DNA from: Dehalococcoidia bacterium
GTDB taxonomy: Bacteria > Chloroflexota > Dehalococcoidia > Lucifugimonadales > UBA3495
NCBI GenBank assembly: GCA_030740155.1
Contig: JASLXV010000054.1
Location: forward strand, 1-64,000
Direction of reading: 5' to 3'
DNA length: 64,000 nt
Shown: piece after piece, positions 1 through 9,282 of the stretch
Layout of the letters: each line of letters starts with the position of its first letter
Numbering within the stretch: position 1 is the stretch's first letter
Program-made: the position numbers and the translations under genes
The notes under the pieces: generated by a model
What the model was told of the DNA's origin: nothing
Database searches by the model: none
What the model saw: the letters and a program-made list of their open reading frames with translations, nothing else

Positions 1-149
1 TCCCGGCGGAAGCCTTCCAGCACGATACGGATCTTCTCTTCAGGAGGGTACTTGCGCCGAGTGGCACCCTTCACCGTGCGAACGAAGGAGCGGGTCTCCT
101 CGGTCCGAGCTTCTGCTGCATTGGCCTTAATGTTTTCTGACTGGGACAC
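1..149 (-). CDS. IS3-family transposase OrfA, N-terminal part (partial)
   Basis: Manual translation from GTG149: MSQSENIKANAAEARTEETRSFVRTVKGATRRKYPPEEKIRIVLEGFRR; RRKYxxEEKIRIVLEG is typical of IS3 OrfA HTH. Confidence 0.75.
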   Translation of the reverse strand, partial: MSQSENIKANAAEARTEETRSFVRTVKGATRRKYPPEEKIRIVLEGFRR

Positions 150-259
150 ATTTGCCCCTTTCTGGAAGTAATGTACCTTCATTCCAGGAGCTCACGCCAC
201 TTCCACTTTCTCGGGTTTTCTTACACCCCAATGTGTCCCATTATCGCTGACGGTCTACA
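1..259 (-). mobile_element. Left end of an IS3-family insertion sequence (continues beyond window start)
   Basis: Minus strand starts TGTAGACCGTCAGCGATAATGGGACA at 259 (TG terminus) exactly where the upstream protease ORF loses similarity; followed by an OrfA-type transposase start. Confidence 0.75.
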
Positions 260-746
260 CATCCTGCTCCAGAAACCGGATTCCCAAGAATGCTCCGGTC
301 TTCTCGTGTCGCCGCTCCTCGTACTGCAGCGGCTTGAACCCCACCGATACCCCGCGCTGGTAGCCGGACCGGTACAGCATCGCCACCTCCTGGGCGAAAC
401 GGGCGGGAGCGAATTCCATCCGGGCCAGCAGTAGGTGAGGCTCGGTCCAGGTCTTCACGGCGCGGCCGATGACCGGGCGGGCGTAGTCGTGAGCCCACAA
501 GAAAACCGGGTTGCGCCGGTACGACTCCAGCCTCCAACCTTCGGCCATGATCACGTCGCCGTGGCGGTCCACCTCGTCGGTGGAGATCACGAAGTTCATG
601 GGCTTCATTTGGCCGGTATCCGCCGGCAGGGGCTCCGTTTCAGTCCGCTTGCGCAAAATGGGCGCGTCGGCTATCCCCTGACGGAAAGCTTCCAGCGCTT
701 CCAGCAGGCGGTCCCGCTCCCAAGCAATCTCTTGCGGATTTCCCAA
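255..746 (-). pseudogene. HK97-type phage prohead protease, C-terminally truncated by IS insertion
   Basis: FVISTDEVDRHGDVI, YRRNPVFLWAHDY..PVIGR, GVSVGFKP motifs; ends FLEQDV* with the stop supplied by the IS end; the expected LLEISxVxVPAN strand is missing. Confidence 0.8.
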
Positions 747-789
747 TGTCGCACCTCCGGGGTTTAAACCGACGGCCGCCAGGGCAACG

Positions 790-823
790 AAAAAGGGACA
801 GACCCGTGTTGGGGTCTGTCCCT
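790..823 (-). terminator. Intrinsic-terminator-like hairpin in the 5' leader of the prohead protease gene
   Basis: 12-bp stem AGGGACAGACCC/GGGTCTGTCCCT (794-805, 812-823) followed by a T run on the minus strand. Confidence 0.65.
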
Positions 824-879
824 CTCGGAGGCTGGCCTCATGCCCAGGCCGCTACGGCTTTCTTTGCTTGACGATATTG

Positions 880-909
880 AGGTTAGAGAAGCGGTTCCCA
901 GCCTGTCAA
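880..909 (-). promoter_or_regulatory. sigma70-like promoter for prohead protease locus
   Basis: TTGACA(909-904)-N18-TAACCT(885-880) on minus strand. Confidence 0.5.
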
Positions 910-1175
910 CACGGCCGTGACACCGTTGCAAGTTGCTCTCAGCACCTGTCCGGCGCCTACTTTAGTGCCACCTATGTGCCCGGTTGTATATGAGGGCGCA
1001 TCCCGGATGCCCCTGATGCAACCCGAAGGGGGGTGGCAACGCACACCCCATTCCGAGTCACGGCGTCCCGTCGGGAATATCGTTGACCTCAGATTCTCGG
1101 TTGTGTTAGCCTATTAAGTACCAGGCATCATCGAAGCCTGATATTTGTTCAAACTACTAGGAGCGTGGCGATAGC

Positions 1176-1565
1176 ATGGAAGTTACGACTCTGGCGATAG
1201 AGAAGCTCAAAGAAGTCATGGTTGAACAAGGAGAGCAGGACGGCTCGCTTCGGGTGATCGCCATGCCCGCGGAAACCGGCGGGGTGCAGTACATGTTGGC
1301 CATGGAGAAAGAGAGCCAGCCTGACGACACCGTGTTCAACCTGGAAGGGCTGAACTTCCTGATGGACTCCGATAGCGCGCCGTTCCTGGAAGAGGCGACC
1401 ATCGACTACGTGGAGAACCTGGGAGGCCAGGTCGGGTTCGTAATCAACAATCCCATGTTTGCCAGCGCCGGGTGTGGCGGCGGCGGCTGCGGGTGCGGCG
1501 AGGGTGGCGGTGGTGGCTGCGGCTGCGGCGCGGGCGGCGGTGGTTGCGCCTGCGGCGGCCACTGA
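1176..1565 (+). CDS. HesB/IscA/ErpA-family Fe-S assembly accessory protein with Cys/Gly-rich tail
   Basis: VTTLAIEKLK, DSDSAPFLEEATIDYVE, GFVINNP; C-terminal CGC repeats. Confidence 0.85.
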   Translation: MEVTTLAIEKLKEVMVEQGEQDGSLRVIAMPAETGGVQYMLAMEKESQPDDTVFNLEGLNFLMDSDSAPFLEEATIDYVENLGGQVGFVINNPMFASAGCGGGGCGCGEGGGGGCGCGAGGGGCACGGH

Positions 1566-1594
1566 TCTCACCCGACTCAAAGCAAGAACCCTTG

Positions 1595-1630
1595 ACAGGG
1601 GCCTCACGGAAGTGGGGCTCCTGTTTTTTT
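1595..1630 (+). terminator. Rho-independent terminator
   Basis: ACAGGGGCCTCAC-GGAA-GTGGGGCTCCTGT followed by T run. Confidence 0.8.
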
Positions 1631-1794
1631 CTGCGTTGCGCCAAGAGGGGGCCGCTTCAGTAATAGGGCGTCTGCGCCGAGATACCCCCTCCCCTTGACG
1701 CCCTCAATATCGGGAAACATAATGCACCTTTGACGCCCTGCTCTCGCGCCCTGCTTTCCGAGAGCAAACCAGCGCCGTCATTGCGGAGGCTCTC

Positions 1795-3531
1795 ATGGCT
1801 CAGTCACCCCACGGTGTTAGCTTCGACTCCAATCGCCCGGTGGTAATGGGACGCAACGGAATGGTCTGCTCCGGCCACCCTCTGGCCTCCCAGGCGGGCA
1901 TCACCATGCTGCAACAGGGCGGGAACGCCGTGGATGCCGCCATCGCCACGGCCGCGGCCCTGACCGTCGTCGAACCCCTGATGTCCGGCCTGGGCGGCGA
2001 CGGATACATCATGGTCTACTGGAAGGAAACCGACCGCCTGGAAGTCTGCAACGCCACCGGCGCCGCCCCCTACGCCGCGACCCGGGAACGCTACGAGCCT
2101 CAAGGCATCCCGATGAAAGGTATCCTCTCTGTTTCGATGCCTGCCTTGCTGGATGGCTGGCTGGAAGCCCACGGGAAATATGGCACTTTGTCTTTGGCCA
2201 CGGTTCTGGCCCCGGCCATCGACCTGGCTGACGCCGGCTTCCCCGTGACCCACGTGCTGGCCAATGCCATCGCCGCCGACCCCTTGCTGTGCCAGTTCCC
2301 TACTTCCCAACGGGTCTTCACCCGCCAGGGGAAGCCCCTGGGTCCCGGTGAGATCCTCTACCAGAAAGACCTGGCCCGAACGTTCCAGGCGGTCATCGAG
2401 GGTGGCCGGGACGCGTTCTACAGTGGTGAGATAGCCCAGGCCATCGTCAAATTCAGCGAGGAGCAAGGAGGGTTGCTGTCCCTGAAAGACTTCGAAGACT
2501 GCCGCTCCAACTGGCAGGAGCCCATATCCACCACCTACCGGGGTTACACCGTCTACGAGGCACCGCCCAACTCCAGCGGCCACGTTTTGCTCCAGGAGCT
2601 AAACCTGGTGGAGAAGGCCGACCTCAAGGCCCTGGGTTGCAACACCGCCGATAGCATTCACTTGATGGTGCAGGCCAAAAAGCTGGCCTTCATCGACCGG
2701 GAAGCCTACGTGGCCGACCCCGAGTTCGTCGACGTTCCTACGGCGGGCCTCATCTCCAAAGAGTACGCCACGGTCCGGGCCAGGCTGATCGACTCGGCCC
2801 GGAACGCCACTGGAGTTCGCCCCGGAGACCCTTGGCGGCACCAGCGGCGGGGGCCCGGTGGCCAGGAAGCGGGGGCCAACGTTGGGGGTTTACCGGTGGA
2901 AGAGGACACGACCTGTTTCGTGGTGGCGGACCGCTGGGGCAACTCCGTCTGCCTGCTGCAGAGTTTGCAGAGCGCCTGGGGTTCCAGCCTGATCGCGGGG
3001 AACACCGGCGTATTGCTCAACAACCGGATGACTTACTGGCATCTGGACCCCGGCCACGTGGACTGCCTTCAACCGGGCAAGCGGGTGCGTCACACCATGA
3101 ACCCGGTGATGGTCTTCAAAGAGGGAGGCCCTTCATCCCAAAGGGGACCTGGCGCGGCCGAGACCCGGCAATTGGTGTTGGTGTGCGGAACGCCGGGCGC
3201 CGACACCCAGGTCCAGACCAACCTCCAGGTGATAACCCACGTGCTGGACTTCGGCATGACCGTCGCCGAGGCGGTTGAGGCGCCCCGCTGGCGCGACACC
3301 CAGAGCCCCACCGAGTCGAACCTGCCCCATGTCTGCGACGACCTGCTCCACTTGGAGGCCCGCTTCCCCGAACCGGTCCGGACCGGGCTGGAGCGGCGGG
3401 GTCACCGGCTAAACGTCATCGATCCGTGGGGCGCCTCGGGCAGCGAGATGATGATTCAGGTTAATCCGGAGACCGGAGTACTCCAGGGCGCTGCCGACCC
3501 CCGCCGGGACGGCTACGCCATCGGCTGGTAG
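1795..3531 (+). CDS. ggt: Gamma-glutamyltransferase family protein
   Basis: GGNAVDAAIA, MSGLGGD, nucleophile Thr in DTTCFVVAD, LNNRM, GTPGAD, GAADPRRDG. Confidence 0.93.
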   Translation: MAQSPHGVSFDSNRPVVMGRNGMVCSGHPLASQAGITMLQQGGNAVDAAIATAAALTVVEPLMSGLGGDGYIMVYWKETDRLEVCNATGAAPYAATRERYEPQGIPMKGILSVSMPALLDGWLEAHGKYGTLSLATVLAPAIDLADAGFPVTHVLANAIAADPLLCQFPTSQRVFTRQGKPLGPGEILYQKDLARTFQAVIEGGRDAFYSGEIAQAIVKFSEEQGGLLSLKDFEDCRSNWQEPISTTYRGYTVYEAPPNSSGHVLLQELNLVEKADLKALGCNTADSIHLMVQAKKLAFIDREAYVADPEFVDVPTAGLISKEYATVRARLIDSARNATGVRPGDPWRHQRRGPGGQEAGANVGGLPVEEDTTCFVVADRWGNSVCLLQSLQSAWGSSLIAGNTGVLLNNRMTYWHLDPGHVDCLQPGKRVRHTMNPVMVFKEGGPSSQRGPGAAETRQLVLVCGTPGADTQVQTNLQVITHVLDFGMTVAEAVEAPRWRDTQSPTESNLPHVCDDLLHLEARFPEPVRTGLERRGHRLNVIDPWGASGSEMMIQVNPETGVLQGAADPRRDGYAIGW

Positions 3532-3778
3532 GTGGGGCGGCGGCACGATGGCGCGCCGGGTTCCAGGGGTACCGGTCCGGAAGACTCCGGTGAGACGGCT
3601 CGGGCCGCCCTCACCTGTCCTTGACTAGACCAACGTCTTGCACTATTCTGCCTTTGCCCCCGGCCAAGGCCTATAGCTTGTGGGCGGAGCCGGGAAAGCT
3701 CCCGTTTGCCTAAAAACCTGTCGAGTGTCACCGGCCAGCCTGCAGACGGGCCGGCAATTGAATGTGAGGAGGCGTGCC

Positions 3779-4138
3779 ATGGCGTTCAAACTCAATCATC
3801 TCCACCTGAAAACCCCGGACCCGCGGCAGACGGCGCAGTGGTACGTGGACAATCTGGATGCCACCATAGTGTCGGACTCGGCGCCAAACGCCTACCGTCT
3901 TGACCTGCATGGGCTCCCCTTGAACGTTACCGGGTTCATCGATGGGCAGACCCACCAGCAGTTGTACGGCATGGAGCACATTGCCGTCGACACCGACGAC
4001 ATGGATGGAGTGATGGCAAAGCTGAAGACCGCCGGCGCCCGCCTCGTGGAAGAATTGAAAGGGAGCAGCGGCCGGAGGGTCTGCTTCTTCGAAGGCCCCC
4101 AGGGCGTCCTGCTCGAGGTCATAGAGGTACCGAAATAG
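3779..4138 (+). CDS. VOC/glyoxalase family protein
   Basis: ATG3779 after GAGGAGG; LNHLHL, EHIAV, FFEGPQGVLLEVIE. Confidence 0.85.
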   Translation: MAFKLNHLHLKTPDPRQTAQWYVDNLDATIVSDSAPNAYRLDLHGLPLNVTGFIDGQTHQQLYGMEHIAVDTDDMDGVMAKLKTAGARLVEELKGSSGRRVCFFEGPQGVLLEVIEVPK

Positions 4139-4192
4139 CCTTCCCAATCCCCGCCTCCCGATATCCAAACCCGACGCGCGACGGAGTATCCG

Positions 4193-4846
4193 ATGATTTA
4201 CGAGTTTCGATATTACACGGCAGTGCCAGGAAAGCTCCCGGCCATCAACGACCGCTTTGCCAACCATACCATCGGCATTTTCAAGAGTCACGGCATCGGG
4301 ATCATGGGGTTCTGGACCGATGAGATCGGCACCAGCAACCTGCTTACCTATGTCTTGACTTTCGATAGCATGGCCGACCGCGAAGAGAAGTGGAACGCCT
4401 TCCAGGCCGACCAGGGCTGGCAGCGCGTTCGGGCCGAGTCGGAGAAGGGAGGCACGCTGGTGGCCGTGGTCCGCAACGCTTTCCTGCGGCCCACCCCCTA
4501 CTCTCCCCAGCCCAGCCTCAAGTCCAACATCCAAGAGTTGCGGGTTTACGACACTATGCCCGGCAAGCTGCCCGCCCTCCACGACCGGTTCTCCAACCAC
4601 ACCATTGGACTGTTCGAAAAGCACGGCATCGAAAACATCGGCTACTGGACCGAGGAAGTGGGGATTAGCAGCCGCCTGGTGTACATGCTGGGCTATCCGA
4701 GCCTGGGTGACCGGGAGAAGAGTTGGGAGGCGTTCCAAGCAGACCCCGAGTGGCAGAGCGCACGGGCCGAGTCGGAAAAGAACGGCCCCCTGGTTCGAGT
4801 GAGCCGCCACTCAATCCTACGGCCAACCCCTTATTCGCCCAGGTAG
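4193..4846 (+). CDS. NIPSNAP family protein (two tandem domains)
   Basis: Two repeats of YExRxY..PGKLPA...RF.NHTIG.F..HGI...G.WT. Confidence 0.9.
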   Translation: MIYEFRYYTAVPGKLPAINDRFANHTIGIFKSHGIGIMGFWTDEIGTSNLLTYVLTFDSMADREEKWNAFQADQGWQRVRAESEKGGTLVAVVRNAFLRPTPYSPQPSLKSNIQELRVYDTMPGKLPALHDRFSNHTIGLFEKHGIENIGYWTEEVGISSRLVYMLGYPSLGDREKSWEAFQADPEWQSARAESEKNGPLVRVSRHSILRPTPYSPR

Positions 4847-4947
4847 AACCGTGGGCCCGGACTGGCCTGGGGCGGTGCGGTCGCGGGAGATTCAACACCA
4901 GGGTACTGCGCCCCGGTGCTAACCGGATTGAACCGCGCCTCGAGTAA

Positions 4948-6261
4948 ATGGAGGATCGTGGAGCGACAAAGGTGACCAATTTGGCCCAAACGGGCCAGCG
5001 GATCAGGGGCCGGTTTCTGGTTTCGTTGGAGTACTCTGAGTACCGAAAGCTATGGCTGGCCACGCTGTCCTCCCAATCCGCGGTGTGGGCGCTGATCGTA
5101 GCGAGGGCCGCCCTGGTCCTGGAGTTGACCGGATCGCCGGCCTGGACGGGATACGTTACATTCGCCGCCATGATCCCCTCGATCCTTGTTTCCCCCCTGG
5201 CTGGATACCTGTCCGACCGTTTTGACCGGCGCACCGTCCTGGCATGCGCCTACGGGATCAACCTGGCCCACAGCGTGATTTTGGCGGTCCTGGTGGCTTC
5301 CGGCGCCGTCGAAGCGTGGCACGTGCTGCTGCTGGCGATCCTCAATGGCTCGGCCAGGGCCGCGCAGATGCCATCGGCCCAGGCTCTGCTGGCCAACCTG
5401 GTGCCCAAAGCGGGCATCCTCAACGCCGTTTCTCTCTATCAGGCCACCCAGCAGGGTTCCCGCTTCGTGGGACCCTTCTTGATCCTGGTGGTGCTGTGGA
5501 TCACGGGGCAGGAGGATTGGGTGTTCTTCCTCTGCGCCGCCCTTTACTGCAGCGGGCTCTTTCTGATATTGCGGATTCGCACCCGCTCAACGGGTGTAGT
5601 TGAGAAAGGAGCGGGCCCGAGGGTGATCTTGCGCAACGTGACGGCGGGTTTGCAGTTCATGTACCACCACGCGCTAATCGTTTCCATAGTTTTACTGGTC
5701 GTGGCCCACTGTGCCATGACCATGTCCTTTGAATCCCTGTTCCCGGTGCTTTCGAGAGACAAGCTGGGGATGGAAGACGCCAGCATCATGGGAGGCACCA
5801 GCTACTTGATGGTGGGCTACGGCGCCACGGCGCTGGTCACCTCATTCGCCCTGGCCGGGGTCCAAAGCGAACGGATCAAAGGCAGAACGTACCTGGTCAT
5901 GGCGGTCCTGAGCGGCCTCACTCCCATAGGTCTGGCCTTAGCCCCCAACATGCCGCTGGCGGTCCTCGCGACGGCAGGAATGGGTCTGTCCCAGGGCGGA
6001 TTCATGACCCTGAGCCACGCCATGGTACAGACCATTGCCCCCGATGCGATCCGGGGCCGTTTGCTGGGAGTGTACGGCTGGCACATTCAAGGCTTCATGG
6101 CCACCTTCAACCTAGTCAACGGCACCCTGGCCGGCTTCACGGGGCTGACCGCCGCCATTGTACTGGGGGCCGGCGGGGTGGGTTTCCTGATAATGTTAAC
6201 CTTAAGCATGGGGAGGCTCCCTTTGCGCCAGTTGTACGCAAGGGGAGTACCGGCAACCTAG
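4948..6261 (+). CDS. MFS transporter
   Basis: ~12 hydrophobic segments; motif A GYLSDRFDRR; PDAIRGR. Confidence 0.88.
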   Translation: MEDRGATKVTNLAQTGQRIRGRFLVSLEYSEYRKLWLATLSSQSAVWALIVARAALVLELTGSPAWTGYVTFAAMIPSILVSPLAGYLSDRFDRRTVLACAYGINLAHSVILAVLVASGAVEAWHVLLLAILNGSARAAQMPSAQALLANLVPKAGILNAVSLYQATQQGSRFVGPFLILVVLWITGQEDWVFFLCAALYCSGLFLILRIRTRSTGVVEKGAGPRVILRNVTAGLQFMYHHALIVSIVLLVVAHCAMTMSFESLFPVLSRDKLGMEDASIMGGTSYLMVGYGATALVTSFALAGVQSERIKGRTYLVMAVLSGLTPIGLALAPNMPLAVLATAGMGLSQGGFMTLSHAMVQTIAPDAIRGRLLGVYGWHIQGFMATFNLVNGTLAGFTGLTAAIVLGAGGVGFLIMLTLSMGRLPLRQLYARGVPAT

Positions 6262-6325
6262 GGGCCGTTACACTCGGTGAATCGCGGCCGGGGATCTTTG
6301 AGCCGCGAAAGAGGAGCAACGCACC

Positions 6326-7489
6326 ATGGATGTGGTCCAGTTGAGGAAGCAAATCCCCGTTTGCCAAGCGATGACCTACATGAACACGGGCTGGTCGGGG
6401 CCTTCACCGTTGCCGGTGGTCGACGCCATCAAAGAGCGCCTGAACCTCGAGATGACCCGGGGTCCCACCAGCCCGGATGTCAACTCGGCCGGGAAGGAGA
6501 TCCAAGCCCAGGCCAAAGAAGCGGTCGCCCGGCTCTTGAACGCCACGCCGGAAGAGATCTGCCTGACCAAGAACACCACCGAGGGCCTCAACTTCGTCAT
6601 AAACGGGCTCCCCTGGCGGCAGGGAGACGAGATCATCACATGCAGCCTGGAACACAACTCGGTGCTGGTGCCCAGCTACTACCAGCAGCACCGGCATGGG
6701 GCCGTGGTCAAGGTACTTGACTTCGCCCCCAACGAGAGCCAGGATTCGATTCTCGACAAGATAGAGGCAGCGGTCACCGAGCGCACCAAGCTGGTCTTCC
6801 TCAGCCATGTGGAGTACTCGTGCGGCCTGCGGATGCCGGTCAAAGAGATAGGCCGGCTGATTCGGAACCGGGGCGGGCTGATGCTCTTGGACGGCGCCCA
6901 AACGGCGGGGCACATCGATCTCGACATGCGGGATTTGGGCTGCGATTTCTACTCTATCCCTGGGCAGAAGTGGCTGCTGGGCCCGGAAGGAACCGGGGCG
7001 CTATACATCCGGCGGGAGCTGATTGACCAGGTTGCGCCGGTCAACGTCGCCGGGAGAGCGGCGGTGCGGACCGGAAATCCTTATGACTTTCAGCCCAGCC
7101 TATCCACCATGGAGAAGTTCCAGATAACCTCCACCAGCGCGCCGTTGCAGGCCGGCCTGCTGAGGACCCTCGAGTTTATCCAGGACATAGGAGTCGGGGA
7201 GATCGAGAAGCGAAACCTCGACCTGGCCGGGAGGATGAAACTGGCGTTACGGGAGACGCCGGGGGTGAGGGTTCTTTCACCGCTCGACCGCCAGGGTTCC
7301 TCGGGTCTGGTCACTTTCAACATCGGCGGCGTTAGTCCGGATGAGGTCGTGTCCCGCCTCTGGGAGAAGCATCGCATCCTGCTTCGCACGGTGTCCTTCC
7401 CCTCCTGCATCCGGGCCTCTTTACACTTCTTCAACACCGGAGAGGAGGTGGACCAGGTGGTGGAGGCATTGCGAGGGATCGCGCGCTAG
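6326..7489 (+). CDS. PLP-dependent class V aminotransferase (EgtE/CefD-like lyase)
   Basis: YMNTGWSGP, NTTEGL, LEHNS, DGAQ, PGQKWLLGPEGTG, IRASLHFFNT; lacks the SufS RxGHHC catalytic Cys motif. Confidence 0.85.
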   Translation: MDVVQLRKQIPVCQAMTYMNTGWSGPSPLPVVDAIKERLNLEMTRGPTSPDVNSAGKEIQAQAKEAVARLLNATPEEICLTKNTTEGLNFVINGLPWRQGDEIITCSLEHNSVLVPSYYQQHRHGAVVKVLDFAPNESQDSILDKIEAAVTERTKLVFLSHVEYSCGLRMPVKEIGRLIRNRGGLMLLDGAQTAGHIDLDMRDLGCDFYSIPGQKWLLGPEGTGALYIRRELIDQVAPVNVAGRAAVRTGNPYDFQPSLSTMEKFQITSTSAPLQAGLLRTLEFIQDIGVGEIEKRNLDLAGRMKLALRETPGVRVLSPLDRQGSSGLVTFNIGGVSPDEVVSRLWEKHRILLRTVSFPSCIRASLHFFNTGEEVDQVVEALRGIAR

Positions 7490-7546
7490 GCCAACACAAC
7501 CCGCTCAAGCCCGGCTTCGGGGCAAGACAGGGCGGATCGCCCATCT

Positions 7547-7908
7547 CTACAGAGGTGCTTCTCCTCTAGCCCGGTGTTCCGCCATATAGGCGGCCGCCTG
7601 AGACCTCCGAGATACCTCCAGCTTGCCCAGGATATTGCTGACGTAGTTCTTCACCGTCTTGTCGCTGAGGTTGACCTCCTGGGCAATCTCCCGGTTGGTG
7701 CACCCTTCGGTGATCAACTTCAGGATGCGCTGCTCCTGAGCGGTTAGCTGAGCCCATCCCTCGTCGACCCATCGGCCTCGCCGGAGTCGCTCCAGCACGC
7801 AGGTAGTTACCGCCGGGTCCAATAGCGATTGCCCCGAGCCCACCCGGCGGATGGCTTCCAGTATCTCCGGGGCGCGGGCCTCTTTTAGGAGATACCCGGA
7901 CGCGCCGC
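7547..7908 (-). pseudogene. C-terminal half of a NarL/DevR-type response regulator (LuxR HTH); receiver N-terminus deleted
   Basis: GASGYLLKEARAPEILEAIRRVGSGQSLLDP...LTAQEQRILKLITEGCTNREIAQEVNLSDKTVKNYVSNILGKL; no receiver Asp region upstream. Confidence 0.8.
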
Positions 7909-8813
7909 CCCTGACGGCGCAGAATCACGCTCCGGCCCGAGCCGAAGCGGTCCACGTCCACCGCCAGCACCACTTCTTCCTCTTGGGAGCCGGCGCCTGG
8001 GTCCGCGGCATCCAGGTCCGGACCGTGGGCCGCGGCTTCTATGTCGGAAAGCCGGATCAGTGTGTCCTCGGCCTGGTCGGGGAACTCACCCAGTACCCGG
8101 GCGCGGAAGATGGGGTTGTCCTCTCCCCAGGTCTCCCGGTGCTCCCCTACCCACTTGGCCGACGTGAGCCCGGGAATCACCATCTTGCCTGCCTGAACGT
8201 TGGGGCTGTCCAGCGCGGAGATGGTAATGGTCTTATACAGGTGCCGTTCCTGGTAGAAAGCCCGGCGGAAGGCCCCTGAAACGGTGGTGGGGTTTCCAAT
8301 GAGAAGGAGCAGGGGATCAGCCGCGGTCGTTACCGCCTCGATGGCTTCGTGGATCTCGTCGCTGACACCCTCGGCCTCATCCACCACGATCAGCATGTTC
8401 GGGCTGTGGAACCCTTGAAACTGGTCGGCGGTATCGGCGCAAAGGCCCAGGGCGAAACGGTCCTCGGCCAGCTCCCAGCGAGTGTCCAGCATCTTGCCGC
8501 CCAGCGTGTCTTTGGCCTTGCGGTGCAGCCGGCGTATCTGTCGCCACAGGATGTAGCGCACCTGACGAAAAGTCGGGGCGGTGCTGAGCACGATGGCTGG
8601 GTCGTGGCAGTGGCGGAACCAGAGGACGGCCACCGCGGCGCAGAAGCCCTTACCGAGCCCGTTGCCCGACTTGACCGCCACCCTCCGGTGCTCCGGCAAA
8701 GCCGCCAGCACTTCCTCTTGTTTGCTCCACAGCTCCACCTCGAGAACCTCGCGGGCGAATTCCAGCGGCGTGTACTTCACTTCGGCAGGACCGCCTGCCT
8801 TACGTTCAGCCAC
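7900..8813 (-). pseudogene. Phage large terminase subunit, nuclease domain truncated (ORF runs out of frame to 7566)
   Basis: LWSKQEE, Walker A KSGNGLGK, Walker B LIVVDEAEG, LIGNPT, RVLGEFP, start of nuclease LAVDVDRFG then loss of similarity at ~7900. Confidence 0.8.
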
Positions 8814-8819
8814 TCCCCG

Positions 8820-9023
8820 TTACTCCCGTATTTGGTGGCCGGAGCGGACCGCCACAGTCCGGGAAGGACCGGATGCCGGACGGGTCTCAGCCGTGGCCGT
8901 GGCGTGAGCAGCGGAGGGGCTGAACAGATAACCGCACTCCTGGCAACGGAAGACATCGTGGTCTGCCGGCCACTTCTTGTCCAGTTGAATCAACCGCGGA
9001 GAAAGGCAACGTCGACAGCGCAA
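8820..9023 (-). CDS. Small Zn-ribbon protein upstream of terminase
   Basis: CxxC...CxxC (CRRC, CQEC); TTG start after AGGAGGTG; 6 nt from terminase start. Confidence 0.7.
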   Translation of the reverse strand: MRCRRCLSPRLIQLDKKWPADHDVFRCQECGYLFSPSAAHATATAETRPASGPSRTVAVRSGHQIRE

Positions 9024-9048
9024 TCCCGATCACCTCCTGGAAATGTGT

Positions 9049-9121
9049 AGGGACGGCCCAACATCTTGTCGGGTCCGTCCCTGCTCATCCCACGCTATGC
9101 TTCGGCAATCGAGAGTGTCAA
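9049..9121 (-). promoter_or_regulatory. sigma70-like promoter plus leader hairpin homologous to 794-823
   Basis: TTGACA(9121-9116)-N18-TAGCGT(9097-9092), then AGGGACGGACCC-N11-GGGCCGTCCCT (9082-9049). Confidence 0.6.
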
Positions 9122-9282
9122 CCGGGGCCGCGTCACCGGGGCGGCCCTGTATCAGAGGCCGGCGCTACCGGCGAAACAGTGGTTCACCGGCGTGCCCAAG
9201 AAACCGGTCCGAATCACCGGCCCAGAAGCCGGCGCCCCCACACGGGCGCCGGCTTCTGGGCAAGGATTGGGTCCCTTCAAGT

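Noticed and set aside
6326..7489. Selenocysteine lyase/cysteine desulfurase call
   Set aside because: Catalytic Cys loop motif of SufS/IscS not present
7566..7900. C-terminal part of the 415-aa ORF as real terminase sequence
   Set aside because: It is the out-of-frame reading of the response-regulator remnant
255..9023. Intact contiguous prophage
   Set aside because: Intervening 7 kb are host metabolic genes on the opposite strand; no integrase, portal, capsid or tail genes visible
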